A DNA stretch of 62,966 nt, filler included, from Intoshia linei (lineage: Eukaryota; Animalia; Orthonectida): assembly GCA_001642005.1 (NCBI GenBank). It is 7 parts of 7 records of this genome, joined end to end, with 100 filler letters (N's around TTAATTAATTAA, not from the genome) between each part and the next. Parts side by side here need not be neighbours in the genome. Positions count along the whole stretch, not along the records: positions 20,764 to 28,124 come from LWCA01001565.1; positions 28,225 to 40,328 come from LWCA01001114.1; 5 more parts are not named here. One strand, given 5' to 3'. Within the stretch, counting starts at the first letter, position 1. Every line of letters begins with the position of its first letter. This document shows positions 24,831-38,899 of this stretch, one piece after another. The position numbers were made by a program, and so were the translations under genes. The notes under the pieces are model-generated. The model was given only the letters and a program-made list of their open reading frames with translations. It searched no databases and was not told the origin of the DNA.

Positions 24831-26887
24831 TTCTTTGAATATTTAATTATCCTGTCTATTCAACTCCATTCTGTGTGTTTAGTACTTCTCCATAGACCAC
24901 AACTAAAAGTCGTGGATTTATAAGTTGTTATTCCTAATACCAAACAAAGTTATACTGGGGCCTCTTCTTATAGTTCAATGTTTAATGATCTGTATCTTTG
25001 AAAATAGATCTAATTAATCATAATACTTTCATGGCTGTTCATAAAATTCTGTGGTGATCCTAGTTATATCATTTTAGACTCGCTATATTTTTGAGAGTTG
25101 ACCGGTGGTATTATTGTCACATACCAAAAATATGTATGAAATCGATACGAACTTTTAAATTTTCCTAATTTTTAACAATATATATCTAAACATTTATTCA
25201 TGTTTCATAATATTTTTTGATTGATTTTTGTCAAACGTTGTCTTATAAACTGGAAACCTAAAACTTAAAATATATGATATAAAACAATATTAGTATATTA
25301 TAAGTCAATTCGTTATGTTGTATATTCATATGTATTTGCAGAGATGCACTAATAAAACTCATCGAAAATTTAATTAGGTCGCGATTGAACGATTCAAATA
25401 TTAATAATGTTACTTTCATATCCTTAATTGATTAAAAAAATATATTACAACTAAAAAGATGGAAAATATTCTTGATAAATCATAATCCTCCATACTTTAT
25501 AATTTATATATACTGAAATTATTGCAGGTAATTTAAATTTAAGATTAACAGTGCATTCCGACAATATATTTACAAATGCACTGTAAATGGTATGCTTTTA
25601 TTATTAGTTATTTGAATTTATATATTACATTCCCAAACACTTACTTAAACACACCATAAATCGTACACAGCTTTTCAATAAATCTTAATATTTCAAATAT
25701 TCGGATTTAAATTAGACATTGAATTTAAATAAATGGAATTATTGCCTGTTCATCTTGCAAATTTTAGCATAATTGACAATACAGTTTTAACTCAGTGTTT
25801 CACAATCTCTTGAAAAATTATCTGGTGATAAGACAATTTACAATTAATAATGTGGTATACATACAACATTTTGGGAATCGATGTTTTGATCACTTAATGT
25901 GAAAATTGTGACATAACTCGAATACGAAATTCAAATCGTGTTATAACTCTTATCGGCATAAACAATAGGATATCAGTATTACAGAATATAAATTCGATGT
26001 GAAAAAGCAAAACACTTCTTGCAGTTCTCTCTTTTCTCTTTAACTTTAGATATTTAGGTTAATTTTACAATAAATGTATATAGTTTATTATACCTGGTTT
26101 GCCAACAGTCCTTTAATTAAATTAAAATATTTCTATTTTTTTGAGATTTACTGTAAAGCACTCTTATCAAACTTGCGGCCCATTTCAAATTTAAGTGCCG
26201 ATATTTCGCATATGTATATAATAGATACATATACCAATATTGAAAATTGAATTGTTTATTATAAGACCTATTTATGTTGTATAAAATTATAAAACCTTTT
26301 TAATTTTTACAAAAAAGGGTAAATTTGGGTTTTGGTCGTGAAGATATAAGATTATGAAATTGAAAATTATCCTAATATTGATAAATTTAACCTTTTCATT
26401 AGAATTTGTAATTTTTATAATTCTAGGACGGGTTTGAATTTAAAAACAAAGAACAATTGTGGTTTTCAACCTTGAAGGACTTGATTTTATCTGGGTAGGC
26501 ACTGCATATTTTTGAATAATTTTGGTGATGATTTGAGTAAATATGTAAATTATTTATTTAATTTTTCATCTTTTGAACACTTTTCTACCATATTAATCTA
26601 TGTATATTAGGGTGTCACATTTATTTTTAGAATTTAATGGGCGATTAGTAATCAATGTGTGTATTTTTAAAATAGAAGCACTATGTCGCAATTAAAAATA
26701 TCTAATGATACTTATCCGAGTTGCGCTCATCATTTAAAATATCCTTTTGAAAATCGTATAGAAAAATTTAAATGTAACTTTATTTTTTTAAAAAACAACA
26801 TTGTGATAAGGTGTCATGGTTTATATTTTATGGTCTCAACACCCACACTTAACTATACATTTCAATTTTTGTGGTTTTTATCGACGT

Positions 26888-28124
26888 TTAAATTTCGGTC
26901 ATTTGAAAGGGTATTTTGAAAACGTCTATAATATTATTGCATAAATTATGTTTATCCAACTTACTAGCTCTCGGTTCAACTTTCTCAAAATCCGAATACA
27001 ACTGACTTCTTTTAGGAATTGTTTTATCATAATTCCTTTTTGTTCTTTTAACATATTTTTTACTCCAACCAGACTTAATATTTTTAACCATCCAACTCGT
27101 ACCTCTACCATTAACCGGTAATCTCAGATTTCTACCGTACACCAACTGTGCAGGACTTCTACCTGAAGCCTGATTCATAGTATTCCTCATACTCAACAGT
27201 ATTTCAGGAATATTCCTATCCCAACTATCATCATATCTATCCGTCAACTTACACCGCAACCTATTTATAAACACCCGAATCAACCGTTCAACTCCACCAA
27301 TACCTTCATGGTGATATGCCCTAGTTTCTGTTTTAATCTCACCCATTTTGTTACATAAACATTTTAACAACTCACTCTCAAACTGCGTTCCACGATTCGT
27401 ATGAATACGGTCTGGTATCCAAAATCGATAAATCGAGAAATCAACTCATCATATATCACGCGAGAAATCGTTTCCGCCGATATATCACCTAATGAAAACA
27501 TTTCTGGCCATTTAGTATGTACATCAACCATAACCAACACATATTTATTCCCATTAATAAACTCTCAAGAAAATAGCCCCACAATATCCAACTGCCACAG
27601 TTCATTCATTTTTGTAGTTACAACTGGTCTCAACTCATTTACATGTTTCCGACCCCCATCTTTATTTTCCTTACAACTCAAAAAACAACTCACATAAAAT
27701 TTTACATCAGTAACAAACCCAGGCCAGTAAAATTTACTACGCACCAAATCAACTAATTTCACCGTTCCAACATGCATACCCCAAAACCCTCATGTAATTC
27801 CTGCATTAACTCTAATCTTTTACAAACAGGTACCAATGTGAACAACTCCTGATCTCTGCGATACACAATAAGACCCTTTTCTAATCTCAACCTATTTCGG
27901 ATATTCCAATATACCGAATCAAATTATGACCCATAATCCCCTCTACTCACATTTTCTAGATAAATTTTCATCAACTTACAATTATTATCTTCCAACTTGG
28001 CCTCCTTAATTTTCAACTTGTCATCCTCACCAATCACAACGTTCATTCTTGACAATGCATTCGCACTCAGATTAAATTTCCCAGGTCTGTACTGAATCTC
28101 ATAATCATACAACTCTAACAACTG
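26888..28124 (-). pseudogene. Ty3/gypsy pol remnant (RNase H end, H2C2 finger, rve integrase), frameshifted, cut by gap
   Basis: LELYDYEIQYRPGKFNLSANALSR; HVG..FYWPG..C..C; NELWQLDIVG; AYHHEGIGGVER; GRSPAQLVYGRNLRLP. Confidence 0.9.
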
Positions 28125-29248
28125 NNNNNNNNNNNNNNNNNNNNNNNNNNNNNNNNNNNNNNNNNNNNTTAATTAATTAANNNNNNNNNNNNNNNNNNNN
28201 NNNNNNNNNNNNNNNNNNNNNNNNTTAGTGCTAGAAATTTTTTAGTGCCATAAAAAATTGCATTTGTCGACTCTAGTAATAATAATGATAAATAAAATAG
28301 ATGTAAAGTATGAAATTATTTTACATTAGTAAATATTAATGAAGCTGAATGCACAAATTGCTATAAAACTGTAAAATGTTCAGGAACCATAAATACCAGC
28401 GAACTGTTATTTTGTTTAAATTTTGATTAAATTAAATTTAAATTTTAAATTAAATTTTGTTTACTGTTGAATTACAATAATAAACGAAATAAACCATTGA
28501 ATCGAAAAAACAGCACATGAATAAATGACAAACATTATAGACATTTAGAAAATTGAAATATAGTGCATTCAAGTCAAGCAGACGAAATTAAACAATAAGT
28601 TTTAAATCGATAGATTTAAAAGATAATCGATCAATAATAAACATTTATTTCAGTGTTAATAGCGACAGACTAATAAAATATTTCTGCGTCACAAATGAGA
28701 CCTGTTTAAGACATTTAAACGAGACAATGTAGCTAGATATAATACAAATATGTACTAGATAATCATAACAACAAATAAAACGTGGTAGTAGGACACTATA
28801 TTGACAACAACATACTGCATAAATAGAAATTGTAGACTACATTTACATTAGCTACCATTGCTTGAAAACGTTATCAAGATAAATACGCACTGCAAATTTA
28901 CAATATTTGAAAAAGTTAAACGACTATACAGATTTTAATATTAACCGTATAATTTTAATTTTTTTAAATTCGTTTACATGTAACGAATATTTAACAGTAT
29001 ACCGAAAAAAAATTTTCAATTTGTTAAAATTTACTAATTGTAATATTTTTCAGTTACGATTGTGTTTGTCAAGAATTTGCATAGTAACCAATTTTGTTGA
29101 ATTACAACCATCAATTATTGACGTGAAGAATAATAATGCAACTTTATTGAAGTCGTTTTCCCGCCAAAACTCATTAGCACGTAACAATCTATGGATTTGT
29201 TAATTGTTTTTATTTACCAGATTCCCCTCAATTTAAAATCCAATTGAA

Positions 29249-31061
29249 ATGAGTAAAGTAACCTTCCGAAATAAAAACCTAGATTCACATAAAATTATTC
29301 CAGTATATTGGAAATCCGATTTACCGGATATAGACGAATGCCAAGCCATCGTGAGACAAGTGCCCCAAATGCCAACCGGCATGGAAAAAGAAGAAGAGGA
29401 AGAACTTCACTTGAAAAGTGCACTATCAGCTCAATTCCAACTCGGTACCTCTGCCTCTTTGATTATACCGGTTCCAGACACTAGTAATAAAATTCAAAAA
29501 CCAAATGAAAAGCCTAAAGAGAAAAAATTACCCAACGGAACTGGAAAAAATGGTAATATTGAACATTCTCCAATAACCTCGGATTCTCCAATAAGTAACA
29601 CCACAAATAACAATGGTATTATCGTGAAAACGAACGGTAAACCCAAAAAACCCATAAATATTGAACAAGTCAGAATTAACAAAAATTATAAAGTTTACAT
29701 CCGGGATTATGTCATACCAGAAAATTATATTAAAGTAGATCTATTGCCTTTTGAACTAACATTGGAACCACCCAGTTATGACATGGATGATGATGATTTT
29801 GAATGGTTTGATAAACGAAAAGATACCATTAAATGTACCGAAGAAGATTTTGAACGGGTAATGGAAAATTTGAATCGATACGAACTATTGGGAAACAAAA
29901 TAATTACGCCTACCCAAGTTTACGAAAAAATAATTCGAATACACCCTAATTTTAAAAATGAAGTTGTTATTGCAGTATATGATTATTGGCTCAGTAAACG
30001 CATATCTAAACACAAATCTGAGATTGAAGATGCTTCCAATCAAGTTAAAACCGTAGGCCGCGGAGCAAAACCCCCTCCCTTCAATAGTGATCACTACATT
30101 TGTTTTAGGAGAAGAAATGAAAAAATGCAGACCCGTAAAAATAGAAAAAATGATGAGCATGCATTCGAAAAAATGTTACGTTTGACGAAAGAACTGAAAT
30201 CAGCTTCTACTTTGTTGCACCTTGTCAATAATAGAGAACAATTAAAATTAAATATAATCAAGACTGAGGCTGCTATTTGGGATAAATGTTTTGAAACTGA
30301 AGATTGGCACCTAAAAAAATACAATGAGATTATTATCGAGTTACAAGCAGAAACCATACTTAAAACCGACCAAGATAAAATTAATGAAATAAAAAATCGA
30401 AAAAAATTCAGAAAACCTTTTGTTCTAACCGATTCACCAGGTAAATTTTTTATATCTTATTATTGATAAATTTATTTTAATTTGAAATTTAGGTCGAACT
30501 AAAAAATACAAAACTGGAATGAAACCGGAAATACCGGTTTCATTACCAAACCATAAAACTTATTATAAATCACGTTATCAATCAATTTCTGACATGCATG
30601 AAATAGATGGTGATTACACATTCAAACCCAATCGATGCGACAATTTTTATGAAATTAATAATGACTATTTTTGTACTCTTAAAGATGAATCAAAATCGGA
30701 AATTTTTGTCAATCCTTTTGAAGAGAACGAGTATAGCTCTCCATCACCCAAAACTGACAATAGTATCAATAGCTTTGACGACACCGACAGCGATACTAGT
30801 ATAGAAATACCAAAGCTGCCAATTCGTCAAATTGATATTGACAATTTCTTTTCCAGTTACCAAAAATACCCTTCAATAGAAAATGGAGATGGAACCTTAG
30901 AGAAGGAAAACCTTGATAATAAATGTAATATACCTAACCAAAGTCACCTTAAAAAAAGAGTCCGCTTAAAATATTCACTATCAAAAATGCATTACAAGAG
31001 ACTACGGATTGGTAGGTGTAACCGCGTTTTCATTGATTATACTATGAACAAGTTAGACTAA
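29249..31061 (+). CDS. EPC1: Enhancer of polycomb homolog (NuA4/TIP60 subunit), about 586 aa, intron 30441-30492
   Basis: MSKVTFRNKNLD...VPQMPTGMEKEEE, YDMDDDD, VYDYWLSKR and YICFRRRNEKMQTRKNRKNDE (EPC-A); RLRIGRCNRVFID (EPC-B). The 52-nt intron joins the frames. Confidence 0.93.
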
Positions 31062-31148
31062 TTGCATTATGCATGTGCCACGTTTTTAATTTACATTTGT
31101 TATTTGTATTTCATATTTGTATATAATTATGTAAATACATTTGTATTT

Positions 31149-32480
31149 CTATTTTAAAGTTACCTTCTTTTTTAAATTGTTGAACATTTTATTCATTTTT
31201 TCTGATATTTGGATAGCTTCCGCGTTAAAAAATGCTTTGAATTCTTCCATTTTATTAATTTGTAGTTTTTCAAAATCGACAACCACCTTAACCACATATT
31301 GAATCATTCCATTATATTTAAAATTCTGTTCAGTCAATTGAGATATAGTGTCCTAAAAATTTGTTAATTTGATAATTTCATAGTTTACCTCTTTAATATT
31401 CACATCTGTCTCAAGTTGCCTTAGTTTTAATGAAAGTGCACTAGATTTCCTCGATTTATCCACCACACTTGGTTTTATTTTGGTAGCGCTAATTTGATTT
31501 ATTTTCCGATTCGGACAAACCTTGACATCTATCTGAGATATTTTAGTATTTTTTTCAAATCGTCGTTTCTTTTGCATTCTCTTATTCTGCTCTACTAAAA
31601 GTTGTATTGCATTTTCATGTGCAGTGTTAATTTCTTCCTTGTATCTCTGCATCATTGTATTCATTTCGTTAAATAATTCCTTGGGTTCCTGGACATTTTG
31701 AACATCATTTTCTTGTTCGGTTTCTACATTGCGATCCACTTGAAGTATCAATTTGAAATCATTTATCAAGGATATTGAACGATCGAAAAACTAAATTGAC
31801 CCATTTATTAGCTTAGTCTCCAAGTAATTAAAATGTAACCAACACTATGCTTTAATGACACTTATTTGCGTCCCATTTTATGTGGTTCCATATTCTTTTA
31901 ACCCTAAAAATTACCTGGCTTATATCTTGCAGAACATTTCGGCTGTTTTCGGCATTCAGTGAGGAATTTTTTAACCGATACGTTATTTCGTTGCGGTCCT
32001 AATTGTAACATTATAAATTTCAAAAAATATTTATATTCACTTTGACAAATTGCCACTGTAATATGTAACTAGGGAATGTAAGTTTAACGTGTGATATGGC
32101 ATATGGTACTAACCGAAATTAATTCCACTTTCTTATCAACGCTTGAATTTGCATAGTAATTGTCGACTTTTTCAGGTGAACGTATTAACTTATTGGCCTA
32201 TATTGATGAGATGGATTTAAATAAATAAATATTGAAAAGTTACTCTCAATAAACATCGATTTAGGGCTTCTAGTTCTTTATTTACTTTTAGCCTGTATAC
32301 TGAATTATTCAACCGATCAGTGATGTTTTTGCTACTTTGAGGTATGGATTCATGCCAAAATATAGTGATATCTATGTCTTTCGAATTGTCATCTGGAGAT
32401 TGATCGACTTTGTATTTTTTTCTGTTCATTTCATTTCGATTGGTTCTCAAAATTTTAGTTTTCGTTTGTATTGGTTTCAC
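31149..32480 (-). CDS. Multi-exon orphan coiled-coil protein (5' end uncertain)
   Basis: ORFs join in frame through GT-AG introns 31388-31353 (VNIKE|DTISQL) and 31913-31791 (DISQ|FFDRS). Further exon-like blocks extend to about 32480 or beyond. No family recognised. Confidence 0.55.
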
Positions 32481-32825
32481 TTTAAATAATCAATATTTTT
32501 TCAAATTTACAAGTAAACTATCAACACAATTAACCTGTTACTGGTAGACATGCGTTTATGGGTTTTTAAAACCTTTTATAATCCTAACTTGTATGAATCT
32601 TTTGTTTGTGTGTTATCGTTTCTATCAATAACTAAAAGCTTTGGAATTTTAACAAACACTAATTCATAGTAGTTATTCCTGATAGAAAGTAATATAAATT
32701 TATACCTCAGAAACTTACATCTTATCGGTCAAAATCATAATTATCCTTTTTTATGAAAATATTTAACACTGCATCTCAAAATGGTCTTTATTTATGATTC
32801 TAAGTAAATCTTTCAAATATCAGAA

Positions 32826-33310
32826 CAGTGCTTCTCATGGGGGAGACTGGTCACCGCAAGAAGTGAATAATTTAATTAGTGGGTGAATACGAAAATTTTA
32901 GATGATTGAGGTAAATGATAAATTTTCAGCATATTTCATCCAATTAGTAAAATCTTATGAGAAAAAACCAAAATTTTACCAACGCTTAAGGAAAAAATCC
33001 CATTTTACCAAACTTTTAGATCAAAAACATCTTTATCTATTCACAAAATAAGAAATCTACTTTTATCAATATTTTTTAGAAAAGCCCCTCTATCTGATCC
33101 CAAAAGAACAAACCTCATTTCACCAACCCTTAACGAAAAAAATTATATTTAACCAAACTTTTAGATCAAAAACAGCTCTATATGATCCCAAAATAAAAAA
33201 TCCACTTTTACCAATATTTTTGTAAAAAATTCCAATTACATGTACAAAACTTTTAAATCAAAAATGTTTATTAGAGGGGGTGAATGCTCAAAAAAGTTTG
33301 AGAAGCACTG
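32826..33310. mobile_element. hAT (Buster-type) MITE, CAGTGCTTCTCA family
   Basis: 12-bp TIR CAGTGCTTCTCA / TGAGAAGCACTG; flanks TATCAGAA/TATTAAAA (6/8). Homologous to 59696-60596. Confidence 0.8.
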
Positions 33311-33405
33311 TATTAAAACGATATTTTATAGTAAATCTTGCAATTTTAAATTTTTGGATAATTTAGTCTTTTATAATACTAAAATGACTCTTACACCCAC
33401 AAAAG

Positions 33406-34151
33406 TAGGGATTGTGATTTCCCGGAAAAAATAAAAAAATTTTATTCATATATAATATAGAAGCATTAAAAATTGTAGAGACCTTAATTAATTTTAGAAA
33501 CAAAAAGAAATTTAATTAATGAAATAACACGAATTTAGATTGAAATTTACAAATTTAATTAGAAAAAAATTTATTTATTTTAAATTGTTTAAAAAGCGTT
33601 TCAAAACACATATAATATTGATAGATTTGTCTTTTAAACGAGTTCTACGTTTTGTAAGGTAATTAGAAGCAATAGAGAAATTTCTTTTATTCTTTGTTGA
33701 CGTTGGTTGAACGGTCGTAAGGGCTTTCTTTAATATTAATAATTTTGATGATAGCGTTCCAGTTTGTAAAAACTCATAATATTTTGATCAAAATAATATT
33801 AGAAACAGAGAATAATTCCCTTAAGCGTTAGTAATTTGTGGTTGGAATAAGAAGTATTGTAAAAAGGATATTTTTCCATTAAGGGCTATAATTAAATTTT
33901 TTATTTGTGGTTTGATGAAGTGGATTTTTGAAAAGAATATCGGTGTAAGTCAATTTTTCTATAAGGGCTTGAAATAATATTTTTGATTAAATTTTATTAG
34001 TGGTGGGATTTTTGAAATGGTAAATTTTAAATATTGTAATATAATCATATTTTCATAACAATAACGAACATGAATCAAATACAGGTATGTCTCAATTTGT
34101 TTTGGGAAATCCCGTAAATTTTTTCCCAGTTTTTTCCCGGTACAATCATTA
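33406..34151 (-). mobile_element. hAT deletion derivative with dimerisation-domain remnant
   Basis: Ends TAGGGATTGT / ACAATCATTA, perfect 8-bp TSD CACAAAAG, TCCCG subterminal motifs. Minus strand reads TVQPTSTKNKRNFSIASNYLTKRRTRLKD. Confidence 0.8.
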
Positions 34152-34339
34152 CACAAAAGTTAAAAAATTATATTTTTTTTCAAAATTCATGGACATTTAA
34201 CTACAATGTATATTACTTAAAAAAATGGGTATACATGTATAACAATTTGATAATGTAATTTGTTTTTACAAATAAACCACTAAAATTATTTTAATGAAAC
34301 TAATTAAAAGTACTACTTTTCAACGTGGAAATTTAAATT

Positions 34340-36925
34340 TTATTTCTTTTTAATATCCCCATAATCAAAGCGTGAAAATTCGCGATTCATTTCATTTTCG
34401 CGTATGTGAACATTTCTCATGGCTTTATTAATTAAATCTTCTCTCATTAATGGCCGATTGTCCTCTTCTGGTTCGCTTTCGATTTCATCTCTAGTTTTGA
34501 AATTTAAATTTGGTTAATTATTTTATTTATTTTACCCTATTGCAGGTGGTACAACGGTTGGAGCATTTTGAATTTTGATGGGTCCATCTCCCAATAAGCA
34601 AACATTTTTGCGAACAAAGTCTTCTTCCTATTACACGTTTAATTATTTATAAGAAATACTTTTACCTTTTGGCCGGCTAAATATCCTTTAATGAGTAATA
34701 ATTTATTTATTTGTTCTTCAATGACTCCCATGTGTTGAAGAATATTATGTTCGTCGACTTTATGACTTTGTTTATCAGTTTCATTCAAGTCTTCAATCAA
34801 GTTTTTATTGCATCCAATTTTATCGAAAAGTGATTCTATGCCTAAATGACGTAAATTATAATTTTTTAATTTAAGTTTATCAAATTTACATTTATAAATC
34901 ATAAAAATACCCGTTACAAGTTGACCAATTATTTTGGAAACATTTTCTTGTTTAGTTTTAGTTATTTCTATAATTTCTGCTTTGGTTTTAATGTTTTCAT
35001 CCAAATTATTTAACATTTCTACTCGATTAATTTCAAGACTTAATCTTTCACTTTCAAATTCATTCATATCTGATTTAATCTAAATACTTAATGTAATTTG
35101 TAAATTAAACAATCTAGAGTTATATAATTACAAAATGTTCAAAAGAATTTTTATTTTCCATGTCAAAAGCACTGCTAATGAGTAGTGGTAAAAAGTAAAA
35201 AATGCCAAAATTACCCAACTTTGTGGTAAAGAAAACTTGCATTACAAATCTTCGTAATTATCATGTTAAAGTAATTGTTAAACCTTGTTTATTTGTTCAT
35301 TTAGTTCTTCAATTCGATTATTTTGTTCATTAACGTAATTAAACAAGGCAAAGTTTCTATTTTCCATTTCGATAAACCGACTCACTAGTAAATCAATATC
35401 ATCTTCCCCAGTGATTTCTTTAATCCTGTTGAATGCTTTTTCATAGGTATCGACTGTATCAACTTGGTACTCCAATTTTTTCTCACTGGCTTGTTTTTCT
35501 ATGTGAAATTTTAAAATGAAACATGTATACCAAATTAAATTAAACAATTTTTTTTAAATACCCTTATTTTCCCGCCATGCTATCAATTCTTCATCTTCTT
35601 TACGTTCTTTGCATTTAGTATTCATAAATTCTCTTAATCGGCGATCATGGTCAATTATTCTAAATAAAATGTAAATTTGTATAGTAAATATTTCATATTG
35701 TCATTTTTACCTTATTAATTCTTTCATTTCAGCGTTGTGTTGCATTACATCTTTATCGTTCTTTTCTTTGAGAGCAATCATTTTATTTTGTGCTTCATCT
35801 CTAGCATCATAAGCTGAAGTCGACTGTTCAATCAGTTCATTAATATTTTGTTTAATATTATCGTGTTTTTTTGTCAACTTTTTGTTGGTATTGTCAAATC
35901 TTTTTTGTTCAATATCCAAGCTCCTAATTTCTTTTCGATGCATTCTATTTGCTGCCAAACATTTTGAATATTTGTTGTTTGTCTAAATTTTAATCATGAA
36001 TCATGAAATTTAATCATCAGGTTAATAATAAGATTTTTCAATTTAAAAAATTTAAAAAAAGTTTTTTCAAAGTTTGATAGGAGTGATTCGTTATCCCATG
36101 TTTATAGTTCAGTTTCCCATGACCCAAGTTGGAGAAAGCCTGATTTACACTATACTATAGTGAATATTATTATTTTTTGAATATACCAGTTCCAATTGAG
36201 TTTCTAATCGTTTAATATTGGTTGATGTTTTTCTAGAATGATCTTGCCCAGCATTAACTCCGCCTACATTTTTATTTTCATCTTTAATTTTTTTTTCTCT
36301 AATTAAAAAAAATTAAACACTGATTATAATCATACTATACTATAATTATACTATAATTATAGTATCGATAGAATATCGTCACAGAGTCGAACCTATTTTT
36401 TAAATTTAAATTTACATTTTTGCTATTTTATTTTTGTACATTTCATGGGTTTCACGTTCTTGTTTAATTAAACTGACAATTTCATCTAAATTAAGTCAAA
36501 AATATTAATATTCATAGTGGTATTCAAAATGTATTACAAAATGTTGTTTTTTACTAAATATTTACTTTTTTGTTTAGCAAAATCTTTTAATTTAATGGAA
36601 ATTTGATTGTCTTTCTTTTTATTGGACTCACTATCAATCAATTCCAAATCTTTTCGAAGTTCTTTTACGTTTCCATTTAATTTGTCGATTTCCATACTAA
36701 TAGGTGGTATTTTATTTTAATATGGTCAACTTTCAATTTACTTTTGTTTAGATATAATTCTTTCTGATTCTTGAGCATATGCCTTTCTATCATTTTCCAT
36801 AATTCTAAATTGTCCTAAATTTAAAAGTTACATTTTAATAATAAATTTAACATACTCTGAAGTCTATCATATTCAGCTTCCTTTTCAAATTGAATATCAT
36901 TATTTTCTGATTGGATTGACGACAT
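34340..36925 (-). CDS. ODAD1: Outer dynein arm docking complex subunit (ODAD1/CCDC114/CCDC63 family), multi-exon
   Basis: MSSIQSENND..YDRLQRQFRIMENDRKAYAQES; STSAYDARDEAQNKMIALKEK; YEKAFNRIKEITGEDDIDLLVSRFIEMENRNFALFNYVNEQN; NILQHMGVIEEQINKLL; RPLMREDL. CCDC63 versus CCDC114 cannot be separated by eye. Confidence 0.88.
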
Positions 36926-37740
36926 AGTACCCTTATTGTGTTTTTTTGTATTTATACTTACCTTGGATTATTTAGAATTATTTATTTACAATTTCCACGT
37001 TACTATTTTATTTTAAATATATTATTTTGTTCATGTTATACATTTATAATTTCATTTTGATTCTAAAATTGATACTTAACTATTGAAAATGTTTGTAAAT
37101 TCTAAATTATGTAAAATCTTGACATTTTTTATAGCTAAAGTTTCCTATCATTTTTTATAATGGTTTCAATTATTAAATTGCAATTATAAGATAATTTAAA
37201 ACTGGGATAATAACAAATATTAATAATAACATTTACGCCAATGTTCGTTATCTATTAATAAATGGAATGATATTGTTTATTTTCCGGATGTACAATATAC
37301 ATTGTACAACTATACTCATAATTCCCCATAAAATTTCAATGTTATTTAAATCTCAAAATTATGCAGGCCATTGAAATTTTTTTTTGGAAGAACATTCTCG
37401 CTAACAAAATTTTTTATAAATAATGTAATATACATTTAAACAGTTGGTCTCGATTGAATCCAAAATTACATACATGGGGTCCGTGAGATTCAAATAAAAT
37501 ATAGAAAAATTTTGATCAACTTTTGTTTGTTTTATTGGAGAATGGTTAATAATTATTACAGAATAATAGATTACCCTTTTTCCAATATTTTTTTGAAAAA
37601 CACGATTTTACCAAACCTTATGAGAAAAACCGCTTATTCCAAGCCAAAATAAAACTCTAATATTAACAACGCTTAAAGAAAATATTTTTTTTTACAATAT
37701 TTTTTTGAAAAACACGATTCTAAGAAGTAAGCTTTACACT

Positions 37741-38873
37741 CGTGGAGGTGGAAGACCTCAATTATTAGATGATAGAACGAAAAGGCATATCTGCCTTAAA
37801 CTTATATAAGATGATTCTCCTACTGCAGCACGTTTAATAGCTGATTTGAATCATAATGTCTCAAAAGATACGGTGTACAGGTAATATATATAATTATATT
37901 ATCAAAAAAATTTAGATTTTTGGCTAAAAATAATTACAAATATGTCCCATTTTTAAAAGCACCATTATTGTCACCACTTAATAAGAAGAATAGATTAAAA
38001 TCGGCAAAGAAAACGCTATTAAAATTAACAACAAAAAAATTGAACTTGGAACAGGTAACATTTTCAGACAAAAAGAGATTTTTACTGGACGGTCCGGATG
38101 GATGTCGAAAATATTGGGCAAAACACAATGAGATTTGAAAAATTTTCAAAAAAAAACTATTCTCGAAAAGCATTGTGGTATGGACAGGAATAGAATTAAA
38201 CAGTACAACATCTATTTATTTTACCGACCAAAATGTAAATTCAGATGTATATATAGACATATTGACCAAATTCTATCTTCCTTTTTATCAAAACGATTTT
38301 ATATTGATGCAGGACAACGCCAGGCCTCATGTTTCAAAAAAAGTATGGGGTTTATACGTAAAAATAACATACAAGTTCTTGATTAACCACCATACAGTCC
38401 TGATTGCAATCCCATTGAGAACCTTGGAGCTATAATGGTTCGTCGACTATACCCTGGAACTAAAGTGTATAATAATATTTCGGAATTAAAAGCAGAAATT
38501 AAATGTATATGGGATGCCCTTGACATACAAGAAATAAAAAAATTGGTAGAATCATTTCATTCTTGATTGGTCGAAGTGTTAGAAGCAAAAGGAGGAAATA
38601 TAACAAAGTATTAAAATTGTTGTTATATATAAATAAATTACTTTTTTTGTATATTTTATGCTTTTTCACATCGTTTTGAGACACATATTTCAAAGTTTAA
38701 ATTTTAATTGTTAGTTATTTAGTTAATTTATTGATGGAATTTCTCGAAATTTTTAATACAAGTTAATAATCAGTATTATATTAAGATGTCCTTCAAAATA
38801 TATAATTATAAGTTTAATAAATATATTTAATTGCAAAAATTGGATTTTGCACATAGTTTTGCGGTGCAGTTTA
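37741..38873 (+). mobile_element. Tc3-like (Tc1/mariner DDE) transposon remnant with intron and putative right TIR
   Basis: GGGRPQLLDDRTKRHI, SKDTVYR|FLAK, VTFSDKKRFLLDGPDG, LMQDNARPH, PYSPDCNPIENL, GGNITKY*; several frameshifts. Confidence 0.85.
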
Positions 38874-38899
38874 TAAAATACATAAATAATATAATAAAA

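Noticed and set aside
25548-25584. 10-bp inverted repeat ACAGTGCATT...AATGCACTGT
   Set aside because: Isolated hairpin with no other copy or RNA-family features seen.
21286-26615. TTAGGG hexamers as interstitial telomere repeats
   Set aside because: Single copies that are the last TSD base plus the TAGGGTG transposon end.
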